From a virus, in the IMG/VR virus record IMGVR_UViG_3300028549_001461, positions 32,001 to 96,000 of that record: a DNA stretch of 64,000 nt; one strand, written 5' to 3'. The notes under the pieces are model-generated. The model was not told the DNA's origin. It was given only the letters and a program-made list of their open reading frames with translations, and did no database searches. Shown here piece by piece: positions 9,737 through 19,791 of this stretch. Position 1 is the first letter of the stretch; each line of letters starts with the position of its first letter. The position numbers and the translations under genes are program-made.

Positions 9737-10233
9737 TGGCTGAAATATTTGTTAAACATACCTTAAATCCTAGAAAGGCTATTAAGGTCAACTTAAATCT
9801 ACGTAAGTATGTTTTAACAGATACAGATGGAGAAGCTGTTTGGTTGTTAGAGGCAGGAACTACGGAGCCAGATAAAAATGGTTTTGACATACCTCCTAAA
9901 TTTGTACATAAAATTTTAGAAGCAAATATTGAAGATGAAATTAATAAGATAATTGCTGATATTTGTGACGTAATAGATTGGGGCGAAGTAGACATAGATA
10001 GATTCGCCCCAATTATTACAGATTGTTTACCTTCAGGTGATAATGCATTAATTACATCGAAAGTTACTTTTACTATTTCAGAAGATTTTCCTGCATCTGG
10101 TGTAGACTTATCAGACATGGTAGTTTTGTTAAATAATGGTGATGTTGACTTTGACATCACTTCAGAAGTACTTATTCAAGGGGACCCATATAAATACTTT
10201 ATTTATTGGGAACCTACAATTTTTTATGGGTAA
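9736..10233 (+). CDS. Virion protein with a C-terminal Ig-like segment
   Basis: APIITDCLP...VTFTISED...GVDLSDMVVLLN matches the Ig-like repeats at the C-terminus of ORF 14794; TAATG coupling. Confidence 0.55.
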   Translation: MAEIFVKHTLNPRKAIKVNLNLRKYVLTDTDGEAVWLLEAGTTEPDKNGFDIPPKFVHKILEANIEDEINKIIADICDVIDWGEVDIDRFAPIITDCLPSGDNALITSKVTFTISEDFPASGVDLSDMVVLLNNGDVDFDITSEVLIQGDPYKYFIYWEPTIFYG

Positions 10234-10238
10234 TACAC

Positions 10239-12086
10239 ATGGCGATAAATATAAGTTTACGTAAATCTAATTTTACAGTTGATGATGGCTACTTCTTTAC
10301 TTTTGACGAAGAACAGGATGCTTTGCTACAAAAAACAGATGATGGCAACACAGCTTTTTCTTATCCATGTGATACCCTATTAACTAATACTGTTAAATCT
10401 TTAGAATACGACGGGGTTAATTACTGGTCTTTAGAAACATCTGGTGTTAATTTACTTGTAAAGCGCTGGAGAATATCAAATTACTTAATAAAACTTCAGG
10501 AAACTTTTACAATAGCCTCTTCAGGGGCAGATACGTATAGTGCTGATTGTTTTACTGTGGAGCACTATCACACTAATTTAACTTCTTCTGTAGATCCAGG
10601 AGAAACTATTTTATATATTGATGATTATTCCAATAAGCCCGAAATTATAGCTGGTGTTACTTTACATATAGGTCCTAACATTAATGGTGAAGAAGAAGAC
10701 ATACCTATCTTAGAAACTATTTTTGGAGGAGTAATTTTAAGTAGTCCTGTAAGCTATAGTTATAGCGCAGGTGTGCATATAAATTTTCATAAATATATTT
10801 GGCTTTTTAATAATAATGATGGCACGGATACCACCACTGGTGCTTTGTATAAATTTAATTCTCATACTGGGGCGTTTATTAAAAAATTCTCAGGCGGTGC
10901 TTATAAAGCCATAACAGCATGTACCTATTATAAAATACAAGCTTTTGAAGATATAGGGCCCACAGATATGCTCTTATTTGCTAAAGGCACAAATACTTTA
11001 TTTGTAAATACTTCTGATTATAAACGTACTATTTTTGATGCGGATACAATGAATGATTCGTTTTCTTCTTTAGACGTAAGTAAATGGACCACAATTTCTG
11101 GTTCTCCAAGTATATCAAGTAGTAAGTTATATCTCGACCCAGGTGCTTTAACAGGTCATGAAGCTATACAATCTACTTATTATTTACCTGCAGATTTTGA
11201 TGTTTATATATCTGGAAATTTACTAAGTTATGAAAATTCTTATACTGGTTCAGCCTTTATGGAGAATTACATAAAAATTGTTTTTCATAATGAACAAGAT
11301 AGATTTTGTAAGATAGCTCGTGGTTATAGTTGTGAATTTGGTGGTGGGTTGCATCAAAATTTTTCAGTAAGTTACAGGAAAGGTACAGATGTAGTTTTTT
11401 CTACAGTTTCAGGTACTGAAGATGATATTCTTACAAATATAGATATCTATGGTTTACGTATAAAAAGAGTAGCAGAAGATATACATTTTTATTATAGAAC
11501 CACTACAGATGCAGCTTTCACAGCTTGGAGATATTTAGGTGTAATACAAATGTTTTCTTCAGATGCTACTTTAGTAGTTGGTTCTTATAATACTACAGAT
11601 ACTTCCATTATAAATACTTTTGACGACCTTATATTCGACTCTGGAACAATAGTTAAGATAACTTCTGCAGTTGAGTTGCCTTACTTTGGTTCAATGGTTA
11701 TGGACAACATATCATCAAATGTTCCTATAGCTTTACAAGATATGGCTGTTGATAGGGATAATTTATATCGTTTGCAGGGAAGTAGTACGTTTGATTACTT
11801 CTTATCTCCTTTAGAGTCTTTTGTTACTTCTATATCATTATCTGCATCTCCTGCTATTATAGCTGCTAATGGTTTGAGCACCACAGATATAAATGCTTGG
11901 GTTAAAGATCAATTTTTACAACCAGTAAAAAACAGAAGGGTTACTTTTTCAGAAGCTGGTGATGGTGCTATTACTGGTGGTGTAGAGCTTAATACAGATA
12001 GTAATGGTTTTGTTCAAACTGTTTATAGGGCGGGTGTCCTGGGTCAAGATGTACTCATTACTGCCACAGTACAGCAAACTAATTAA
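10239..12086 (+). CDS. Virion protein with a lectin-like insert and a C-terminal invasin/Big_1-type Ig domain (paralog 1)
   Basis: In-frame ATG at 10239 preferred over the TTG at 10206. C-terminal SISLSASPAIIAANG.STT.I.A.VKDQ..QPV....VTFS...TDSNG is the Big_1 pattern. Confidence 0.7.
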   Translation: MAINISLRKSNFTVDDGYFFTFDEEQDALLQKTDDGNTAFSYPCDTLLTNTVKSLEYDGVNYWSLETSGVNLLVKRWRISNYLIKLQETFTIASSGADTYSADCFTVEHYHTNLTSSVDPGETILYIDDYSNKPEIIAGVTLHIGPNINGEEEDIPILETIFGGVILSSPVSYSYSAGVHINFHKYIWLFNNNDGTDTTTGALYKFNSHTGAFIKKFSGGAYKAITACTYYKIQAFEDIGPTDMLLFAKGTNTLFVNTSDYKRTIFDADTMNDSFSSLDVSKWTTISGSPSISSSKLYLDPGALTGHEAIQSTYYLPADFDVYISGNLLSYENSYTGSAFMENYIKIVFHNEQDRFCKIARGYSCEFGGGLHQNFSVSYRKGTDVVFSTVSGTEDDILTNIDIYGLRIKRVAEDIHFYYRTTTDAAFTAWRYLGVIQMFSSDATLVVGSYNTTDTSIINTFDDLIFDSGTIVKITSAVELPYFGSMVMDNISSNVPIALQDMAVDRDNLYRLQGSSTFDYFLSPLESFVTSISLSASPAIIAANGLSTTDINAWVKDQFLQPVKNRRVTFSEAGDGAITGGVELNTDSNGFVQTVYRAGVLGQDVLITATVQQTN

Positions 12087-12094
12087 GGGGTTGT

Positions 12095-14791
12095 ATGTCT
12101 TACGAGAATATAAAATTTCATCAACCACATATGGTTGTGCAAGATGGTTATTTTTATCTTCTCGACTACACCCAAAGATTGATGTCACAGAAAACATCCA
12201 ATGGAGAAACTAGTTTTCAGTATCCTGTAGATATACCAAGTAGTTTTGGTAATAATTATGTAGTAGATCCAGTTACATGTCTTCAATATGATGGTTATAA
12301 TTTTTGGTCACTTCAAAAGATAACAGATGGTACAGGTTTAGTAATACGTTGTTGGACTATAACAAACTTTATATGTTTATTAACAAAACAATTTAATTAT
12401 ATCAATGACTCTTCACTAAAATATTCTGCTGATACATTTTCTGTTGAGTGCTATTCTACAAAATTATCTAATGATTATGGAGATGGCACTAGTATAATTA
12501 ATATAGATGAATTTTCTTCTTTTGCAATAACTTTTGGTACATTACTTGGTATAGGACCTAATAAGTTTGGTAACAGAGAAGTGGTTTTAGTTAGCGATAC
12601 AGATAATTTAGATATTATTTTAAATACTGGTTTAATACATACTTATCTATCAGGAGATCCTGTTGTTATAGTATCTGGTATATTTATATTTAATAAATAT
12701 ATATCAGGTACAGATGACTCAGTAGGAACATTACTTGTAATTGATCCAAATTCAGGTGAAATACTGAATAGGCAAGATTCTGTAGATTATCAGAATATTA
12801 AAGCCTCATCTTTTAAACGTTTAAAGAACATACTTAATGACTACGAAGATATACATACTTTAACTTTTGTATCTAACACTTCTTTAAAATTACAAGATAC
12901 CAGTAAATTAAAACGTTTTAAAGCGTCTATTATAGGAAATGACTCTTTTAATGATCCTTTTCTTGACTTATATAATAATGATCGTTGGATTGTTGATTTA
13001 GGTAATCCTAGTTTAATAAATGATTGTTTATATTTTAGCGCGGCTGGTTCAGAGCACGATAAACTTACTACCAGTTATTATTTGATAGATGATTATGAAG
13101 TACAAATTTCAGGTACTATATTTGGTTTGAACACTTACCCAGGACCAGAAATACCTTATTGCAATCATTATATAAAACCCAACTTTGAATCTGAATCTGC
13201 AGAAATTTATTTCGGTTTTAAATATAGTACTACTTATTATAAACCAGTCAGTGATGCGGATTTACTACTATATTTAAAATTTGATAATTCGATTTTAGAT
13301 TATTCTGGTGATGACGTTAATATCACAGTATATGGGACACCTCAGTTTACTAGTGGTTTCGATGAAACTGCTTCTTCTGCTATTATTTTAAATTCATATA
13401 ATTTTCTGGTTATTCCAAGAGAGTATACACAGTTTAAATTAATGTCGGAAGATCCTTTTACTGTCAATGAATTTTCAATTGTATTTTGGATTAAGGTACC
13501 AAGTGCTCCATATTTTGCTACCCACAATATTTTTAGGCCTGGTGTTGATCTTGATACTTGGGAAAGTAATCATTCTGAAGGACCATTTGTAACTTTTTAT
13601 GGAGGCAGCACTATAATTGATAGATTTATACAATGCCGCTTTCTTGGTGTGACAATTCATCCGGGAGAAGATGAACTTTCGGTTATGGATGATATTTATA
13701 TTACAGACCCAGTTACTGTTGATGTAGAACCAATTCCAGTTGATACTTGGGTATTTATTGCTTTTACAGCAGATGACAATCATTTAATAGGTTATATTAA
13801 TGGCGACTTTTGTCAGGCACAACAGATTGTTATTCGTCCAGATTCCAGAGATCACGACATCTGTATAGGCCCAGCAAATTTAAACTTTGAAATAACAGAT
13901 GATTACCACCACGACCCTATAGGAGATATAGATTTACATATAGACGAGTTTAGAGTATACAAAAGGAAACTTACGGCTTCTGATATAAGAGCAATATATG
14001 AAAAAGAAAAAGATGTACATTCTGAAATTAAAGACACTCCTATTATATGCTTGGAAAAAGATGGTTTTATAGAAAGTTACTATCCTTTGGCTTCGGGTAT
14101 AGATAACTTATCTTATAAGTTTAAGTTAAAAAAATTAGATAATAATTTAAATTTCGAATATAAAATTTGTTCCTTCGGTGAAGATCTTGCTGATTGGTCC
14201 TTAATGTATACCTTTAATGATTCATCACATAATACACTTTCTTTGGGGTTACACACACATTTAACTGTGGTTTCTGGTGCATACTTTGATGACTTTACTT
14301 TTACAAGTGGTTACGCGCAATATACTCCAAATTTAAATAATTATTATGGTACAATGAATTTAGAAAATATAAAAAAAAATCAATCAACAATAATACCAGT
14401 GTATGCTATAGATATTTATGAGGATAATTTATATAGACTTCAATTAGCAGCAACGTACTATGGTTCTGATATAACCTGGTCTACTTACAATTATCAAATA
14501 TCTCCTATAAGATCTTTTGTTGATTTTATAACTGTGGATTCTTCTACTGGTATACTACCAGCAACAGGGAGAAACACAGCAGTCATTAGATCAGTCACTT
14601 TAGACCAGTATGGCCAAGGTGTTATAAACAGACCAGTGTCTTTTAGTGACGATGATCCAATTGGTTTTATTACGTCTAAAACTGTATATACTGATATTTT
14701 TTATAACACAGGTAGTGCCAATACCGGATACACTTCAGGTACAGCACTTAGAGTTGTTAAAATAGACGCTTCTGTTACTCAACTGGACTAA
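12095..14791 (+). CDS. Virion protein with a LamG/concanavalin-A-like domain and a C-terminal Big_1-type Ig domain (paralog 2)
   Basis: LamG signature LLLYLKFDNSILDYSG...FSIVFWIK...WVFIAFT...YING...IDEFRVYKRKLTASDIRAIY; N- and C-termini align with ORF 10239. Confidence 0.75.
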   Translation: MSYENIKFHQPHMVVQDGYFYLLDYTQRLMSQKTSNGETSFQYPVDIPSSFGNNYVVDPVTCLQYDGYNFWSLQKITDGTGLVIRCWTITNFICLLTKQFNYINDSSLKYSADTFSVECYSTKLSNDYGDGTSIINIDEFSSFAITFGTLLGIGPNKFGNREVVLVSDTDNLDIILNTGLIHTYLSGDPVVIVSGIFIFNKYISGTDDSVGTLLVIDPNSGEILNRQDSVDYQNIKASSFKRLKNILNDYEDIHTLTFVSNTSLKLQDTSKLKRFKASIIGNDSFNDPFLDLYNNDRWIVDLGNPSLINDCLYFSAAGSEHDKLTTSYYLIDDYEVQISGTIFGLNTYPGPEIPYCNHYIKPNFESESAEIYFGFKYSTTYYKPVSDADLLLYLKFDNSILDYSGDDVNITVYGTPQFTSGFDETASSAIILNSYNFLVIPREYTQFKLMSEDPFTVNEFSIVFWIKVPSAPYFATHNIFRPGVDLDTWESNHSEGPFVTFYGGSTIIDRFIQCRFLGVTIHPGEDELSVMDDIYITDPVTVDVEPIPVDTWVFIAFTADDNHLIGYINGDFCQAQQIVIRPDSRDHDICIGPANLNFEITDDYHHDPIGDIDLHIDEFRVYKRKLTASDIRAIYEKEKDVHSEIKDTPIICLEKDGFIESYYPLASGIDNLSYKFKLKKLDNNLNFEYKICSFGEDLADWSLMYTFNDSSHNTLSLGLHTHLTVVSGAYFDDFTFTSGYAQYTPNLNNYYGTMNLENIKKNQSTIIPVYAIDIYEDNLYRLQLAATYYGSDITWSTYNYQISPIRSFVDFITVDSSTGILPATGRNTAVIRSVTLDQYGQGVINRPVSFSDDDPIGFITSKTVYTDIFYNTGSANTGYTSGTALRVVKIDASVTQLD

Positions 14792-14793
14792 TT

Positions 14794-17406
14794 ATGGCAC
14801 AAGAGAACTTAAGTTTAACACAGCCTAATTTTTGTATAGCACCTTTAATAGGCACTTTTGCTACTATAGATACAAGTAATAGTGCTTCTCAGTTACTTAT
14901 TAAAAATAGTACTGGTATAACTACAGTTGCATATACATTAAATCCAAGTTTACCACAAAATACTACTGTTTACTATTTTGATTACTTAGGTCCTAGAAAC
15001 TTGAATTCATTACAATCTGATATGCCTTTTATAACTATGGAGAGCAATTTAGTTTCTGGAGTACAAATTAAAAAATGGCATTTAGACCTTGATAATACTA
15101 GATTAAATTTAGAGAGTAATTTACAGGTCAACTCAAGTGGTTTTGATAGTATAGTTAGTAAGTCTATGGCTATAAATAGATTTTATACAACTCTTAATGC
15201 AACTAGTGATATAGGTACTGGTTTTGTAAGACTTTCCAGTGTAAACGACACTGTTATATCTGGTACAAAAATGTATCTAGGGCCTAGTTCTAATACTTCT
15301 TTTTTAGGTGCTTTTGAAGAAGTTACAATAACGTCTGTTTCTGGTACGTATGTTACAATCAGTTCTTCTCATGGTATACCACCTTTCAGTTATTTTAATT
15401 CAGGGGACCCTATAACTTGTGTTAGTGATATATATTTATTCAGTGATGTAGGTTTCTCAGCTGACAACACAAAAGGAGCCTTACTAGTATTGGATAGTAA
15501 TACTGGAAGTGTTTTAAGAAGAGATAATAATGCCTTATATAATAAAGTTACTACTGCTAATTACGGTACACCTTTTAGCAATACCGTAGCGTTAGTTAAA
15601 AATTCACAACTTCTTTACGTAGATATAAATGATTTCTCAATTGTAAGATCTATTAGATTAAATGTTACAAAACCTTTTAGTAATACTTGTCTTGTAGTTA
15701 GTAGTATAGCTCTTACATCTTCAAATATATTTAGGCTTCAAGGTGATAAAATTTTTAGAGATGATGACGGTTCTTATTCTACTATTGATTGGTCTACATA
15801 TAATTATCATGAAGATTTTGTAACGCGTTATTCAGATTGTATTAGTTTATCCACGAGTACCTTTACTTTGTCTAATCAAGAAACAATACTTATCACAGCA
15901 GTAGTTACAGACCAGTATGGTATGGGTATTTCTGGTAAAACTGTTAAGTTTTCAAAAGAATACGGAGATATGATAGGTGTTTGGGGTAATGTAAACTCCG
16001 AGGCTACCACAGATATAAATGGGATTGGTACTATAACTTATACAAGCGGTTGGTATAATCCTGCTTTTTTTACTTCAGCTAAAGAGGATATAAAGATATT
16101 TGCCAAAACCGATGGTTCTAGTATACTGATGGGAAGTATTTATATAGGGGCCTTTTTAATTTTAAAATTGAATGCTAAGTTTTTATTAGATCATCCTAGT
16201 GTCTCTGGCCTTGGTGTTAATTTAATTACACAAAAAATAAACTCTAAAGCTTCTGGATATGACCTTATACAACGTGAGAAGAGGACTTCTACGTTTGTTT
16301 TGAGAAGTTTGAGTAAATTTAAAATGCCAGGCGGCCATGTAGGTTTTGAATCCTTACCCCAGGCTCCAATTATTAAACAATTACGCAGTGTTGATTGCGA
16401 AATGGAGATTGTACAAGAATTAGAATTTTCAGGTACTTCTAAATTTAAGCAACTTATAGACTACGAAGGTAACTGTGCAGTAAGTCAGACGTTAGTTAGT
16501 AGACATTTACCTGTAGGTAGCAACACAGACACAGTTTTTATTGCACAATTTAAATTTCTTATTGATGCTGTCCCTGTTCCTTTTTCAAGTAAAAATAATG
16601 TCAATTCCACCATCTGGTTAAGATTAGCTCCGTATGGCTTTGACTTAGATAAAAATACATTAGTTTTTAAAGTCAGAGAAGTATCTTATGCTGGAGACAC
16701 TGGTTTTATAGATTTTGTTGGTACACCTTATCTACAGGTATTTGAGTTCGACGCTGGTGGTGGTTTAGTTGGTTTAGAGATTTTATACACACCTTTAGAA
16801 TATTTTCATAATGATGCTATAGTTTATGTGTACTTAGAAATATACGATGTAGCTTTGCCGCCTAATAGAATAGAATTTGATTATTGGTTTGCGGTTATAC
16901 CAGACTATAAATCACCCTATATAATAAATGAATTGCCGCAAAGAGATTCGATAAACATTGATATAACTACCGATATTACTTTTGATATAATTGATAATGA
17001 AGTAGGTGTAAATATAACTTCTTTAGAAATATACATAAATAATAGAGAAAAAACTTTTATTTACATCCCCATAGATGGTGGTTACAGAGTAGTGTTTTTC
17101 AATGATTATACTTTTTACTATGGCCAAACTATAGAGATAGCTGTATTTGTTGAAGACTCTTCAGGTCAAAGTAATCCTTTATACGATATGTGGAAATTTA
17201 AGTTAATACATAGCGACCCGCCATATGTAGATGCAGAGAGTTTCTATCCAACAACTTGTTCCAGAGGTTTGCCTACAAGAACCACTAAAGTAATTTTTAA
17301 TGTTTTTGACGAGAATACAGGAATAGACGTATCTAGTATTGGTTTAATTGTTGATAATATTACTCGTATTTTTAAAGTAACTCCTATAGTTAAGAGACTA
17401 CAATAA
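14794..17406 (+). CDS. Virion protein with a Big_1-type and further Ig-like domains (paralog 3)
   Basis: ITAVVTDQYGMGISGKTVKFS...ATTDINGIGTITYTSG; shares NxSL..PNF, MYLGPS...EEV and NIFRLQ blocks with the two upstream genes. Confidence 0.7.
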   Translation: MAQENLSLTQPNFCIAPLIGTFATIDTSNSASQLLIKNSTGITTVAYTLNPSLPQNTTVYYFDYLGPRNLNSLQSDMPFITMESNLVSGVQIKKWHLDLDNTRLNLESNLQVNSSGFDSIVSKSMAINRFYTTLNATSDIGTGFVRLSSVNDTVISGTKMYLGPSSNTSFLGAFEEVTITSVSGTYVTISSSHGIPPFSYFNSGDPITCVSDIYLFSDVGFSADNTKGALLVLDSNTGSVLRRDNNALYNKVTTANYGTPFSNTVALVKNSQLLYVDINDFSIVRSIRLNVTKPFSNTCLVVSSIALTSSNIFRLQGDKIFRDDDGSYSTIDWSTYNYHEDFVTRYSDCISLSTSTFTLSNQETILITAVVTDQYGMGISGKTVKFSKEYGDMIGVWGNVNSEATTDINGIGTITYTSGWYNPAFFTSAKEDIKIFAKTDGSSILMGSIYIGAFLILKLNAKFLLDHPSVSGLGVNLITQKINSKASGYDLIQREKRTSTFVLRSLSKFKMPGGHVGFESLPQAPIIKQLRSVDCEMEIVQELEFSGTSKFKQLIDYEGNCAVSQTLVSRHLPVGSNTDTVFIAQFKFLIDAVPVPFSSKNNVNSTIWLRLAPYGFDLDKNTLVFKVREVSYAGDTGFIDFVGTPYLQVFEFDAGGGLVGLEILYTPLEYFHNDAIVYVYLEIYDVALPPNRIEFDYWFAVIPDYKSPYIINELPQRDSINIDITTDITFDIIDNEVGVNITSLEIYINNREKTFIYIPIDGGYRVVFFNDYTFYYGQTIEIAVFVEDSSGQSNPLYDMWKFKLIHSDPPYVDAESFYPTTCSRGLPTRTTKVIFNVFDENTGIDVSSIGLIVDNITRIFKVTPIVKRLQ

Positions 17407-17440
17407 ATAATCTAACTATGAAATTATATACAAGATAAAT

Positions 17441-18052
17441 ATGAGCTTATACATAACTAATTTTTCTATACCCGAAGGAGAGACACAATATTTTACTTCT
17501 TTAGTTGATTTTTCAGTAGATATTACGGACGATTTGTATGATGTAACTACTTCGGGAACATATGTTTTAGTTAATAGTAATATACCTGACTATAGTTTGA
17601 CAAGTATATTTGGTGGATATAGACTTTCAAGTTCTGTTGTCCCTAGTGGGATCACAGATATAAAAGTTTTCGCACAAAACACAAATAATGATTTTTTAAA
17701 TGATACTTTTGTAATACAAAATGGATTTGAAATTGTTTGGGAGGAAGTATCTTATTGGGGACCAGATAAAGAAGTACCAATATCGGTTATAGTTAGCAAT
17801 ACTGTTGAGGCTCCAGGTACTAATTATTTCTCTACTTTTTTTAAAACAACACATTACAGAGAACTTAATTTAGAAGCAACTATAGCAGCAAATGGTTCTG
17901 GATATAATGAACTTGGTTGTTATATAAAACCTCAAAATAAATATTTTATGTACGGTAAAAATTTTACAGTAACTGTGTCAGGTGTGAAAGATTTTAGTGG
18001 TAATATAACCCCACCTAAAACGTATAGCTTTAAAATAGAAGAAAAAATGTAG
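17441..18052 (+). CDS. Virion protein with Ig-like segments
   Basis: IFGGYRL and YGKNFTVTVSGVKDFSGN...YSFKI resemble Big_5-type Ig strands. Confidence 0.55.
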   Translation: MSLYITNFSIPEGETQYFTSLVDFSVDITDDLYDVTTSGTYVLVNSNIPDYSLTSIFGGYRLSSSVVPSGITDIKVFAQNTNNDFLNDTFVIQNGFEIVWEEVSYWGPDKEVPISVIVSNTVEAPGTNYFSTFFKTTHYRELNLEATIAANGSGYNELGCYIKPQNKYFMYGKNFTVTVSGVKDFSGNITPPKTYSFKIEEKM

Positions 18053-18081
18053 TTTATTAATTATACATAGGAGAAAAATAT

Positions 18082-19632
18082 ATGGCTGCAATAACAAGAT
18101 GGGTACAATACGACCCTTCAGCAAATGGTACTATAGGTATGGGAAGAGGTGCTGGTTGTAAAGGTAAAAGAGGTTACTCTGTGGGTACTTCTAGTGTTAC
18201 TGACGTTTTTACTATAGGACCGACTACAAATAAATTATACATGAGTGTGGATGGAGATCCTGGTCCATACATTACGTTGTACTCAGGTACTGGTTTAGAC
18301 CCAAGATTTGTAGCAAAAGACATAACTGAGAAGATGCGTAACTTGGGCAAGAACGATGAAAGATGGAACAATGCAATATGTAGTTGGGAAAACACCCCCG
18401 ATCAAGGTAACAGATTTAAAATATATTCTGGCACTTTAGGTGTAGCTTCTTCTGTAGCAGTATCTACTGTAGGTTCAGAAAGCGCCCACGCTGTTCTAGG
18501 ATTTTCAACTGTCTCAGAAGTAGGCGGTGCAGCTTCTACAAACAATTTTCAAGGTACTGTTAACATCACTGGTACTTATAGAGGAATGGAACCTGAAGTT
18601 TATAAAGTAGTTATAACAAACGATAACGATGCTCCAAGAGGTATTGGTACACCTGTAAAAAATATAGCCTATGACGGTGTAATGACCACTGGTGGTGTTT
18701 ATAATCACACAAGTGATACTACCTACACAGTTACTATAAATGTAACTAACGGTACTACTATGGCTGGTGGTTCGGGCAATGTACCTACAATGACTTGGAC
18801 AGCCTCACCTTCTGTGGATGATTCATCTGTTTCTACAGAGTTATTATACCCTGGTTATTGGTATAACGTTGGAACAAGGGGGTTAATGGTTAAATTTACT
18901 GATGCTGTATTTACAGCTGGTTACTGGACAGTTCCATGTTACAAGCCTGATTACACCAGTGGTACAAATGTTACAGACGCCCCCGGTAATGCCATCATGT
19001 CTTATAGTTCTACTAGGGGAGATATGGGTGCTGGAGTAGTGACACCTGTTTCAGGTACAACTACTAATTTAGGTAGCCGTGGTTTAAACATAGGTTTTGT
19101 ACCAAATGATGGTGCTGATTATTTAGGTATACGAGATGAATTCTATGTAATGTGTCATGGACCAAAACCACTAAATTACAATATATCCAGTATAAATTTT
19201 GGTAATGTCACTGTATCTACTGAATCAACAGTAAGATGTGTAACCTTTGAAATTGAATCGGGTGCTTATCAACTAAGTTCCGTAAAATTTGGTTTGCAGA
19301 GTCATGGGTCTTTTCAACATCATTATGCCGGTAATAGTGATACGATGTTTCGTTTTGGTACTGTTGGTCCAGGAAATAAAGCTGGATCTGGCGTAGAAAA
19401 TGGTGTAGAATGGTATTCTGGAATTTCTTCTGGGGATATAGATAGTGATATAGCTCCTACATATCTTTATTCTACAAAAGCTAATTTAGCTGTTGTAGCT
19501 ACTGCTGATGACTCACAAGCTGTAGGTAACACTTTCCTAGTGGCAGACCCGGTATGGTTTAATATAAAATTAGGTAGTTCAGAAACAGGAGCAAGTACCT
19601 GTAATTATAGAACTTTTTTTGATTATTCATGA
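18082..19632 (+). CDS. Putative abundant virion structural protein, 516 aa (Gly/Thr/Ser-rich)
   Basis: Strong AGGAG site; composition typical of tail/sheath-associated proteins; no specific family recognised. Confidence 0.55.
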   Translation: MAAITRWVQYDPSANGTIGMGRGAGCKGKRGYSVGTSSVTDVFTIGPTTNKLYMSVDGDPGPYITLYSGTGLDPRFVAKDITEKMRNLGKNDERWNNAICSWENTPDQGNRFKIYSGTLGVASSVAVSTVGSESAHAVLGFSTVSEVGGAASTNNFQGTVNITGTYRGMEPEVYKVVITNDNDAPRGIGTPVKNIAYDGVMTTGGVYNHTSDTTYTVTINVTNGTTMAGGSGNVPTMTWTASPSVDDSSVSTELLYPGYWYNVGTRGLMVKFTDAVFTAGYWTVPCYKPDYTSGTNVTDAPGNAIMSYSSTRGDMGAGVVTPVSGTTTNLGSRGLNIGFVPNDGADYLGIRDEFYVMCHGPKPLNYNISSINFGNVTVSTESTVRCVTFEIESGAYQLSSVKFGLQSHGSFQHHYAGNSDTMFRFGTVGPGNKAGSGVENGVEWYSGISSGDIDSDIAPTYLYSTKANLAVVATADDSQAVGNTFLVADPVWFNIKLGSSETGASTCNYRTFFDYS

Positions 19633-19667
19633 CCTAACTACTTGAAATGTCTAAAAATATTTAGGGA

Positions 19668-19709
19668 CAGTCTCGACGGAGATTGAGAAGGTGCCTATTA
19701 CACCTTCTC
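19668..19709 (+). promoter_or_regulatory. Two adjacent GC-rich stem-loops in the intergenic gap
   Basis: cagtctc-GACG-gagattg (19668-19685, one G:U pair) and gagaaggtg-CCTATTA-caccttctc (19685-19709, perfect 9-bp stem). Confidence 0.7.
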
Positions 19710-19746
19710 TAACCATATGTTTTATAACTTTAATAGGGAGTATAAA

Positions 19747-19791
19747 ATGGTTAACGACTATAAAGTAAAAGTATTTAGGAATACAAAGTAA
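19747..19791 (+). CDS. 14-aa mini-ORF MVNDYKVKVFRNTK, translationally coupled to the next gene
   Basis: AGGGAG site 6 nt upstream of ATG 19747; its TAA overlaps the ATG at 19791 (TAATG). Confidence 0.45.
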   Translation: MVNDYKVKVFRNTK

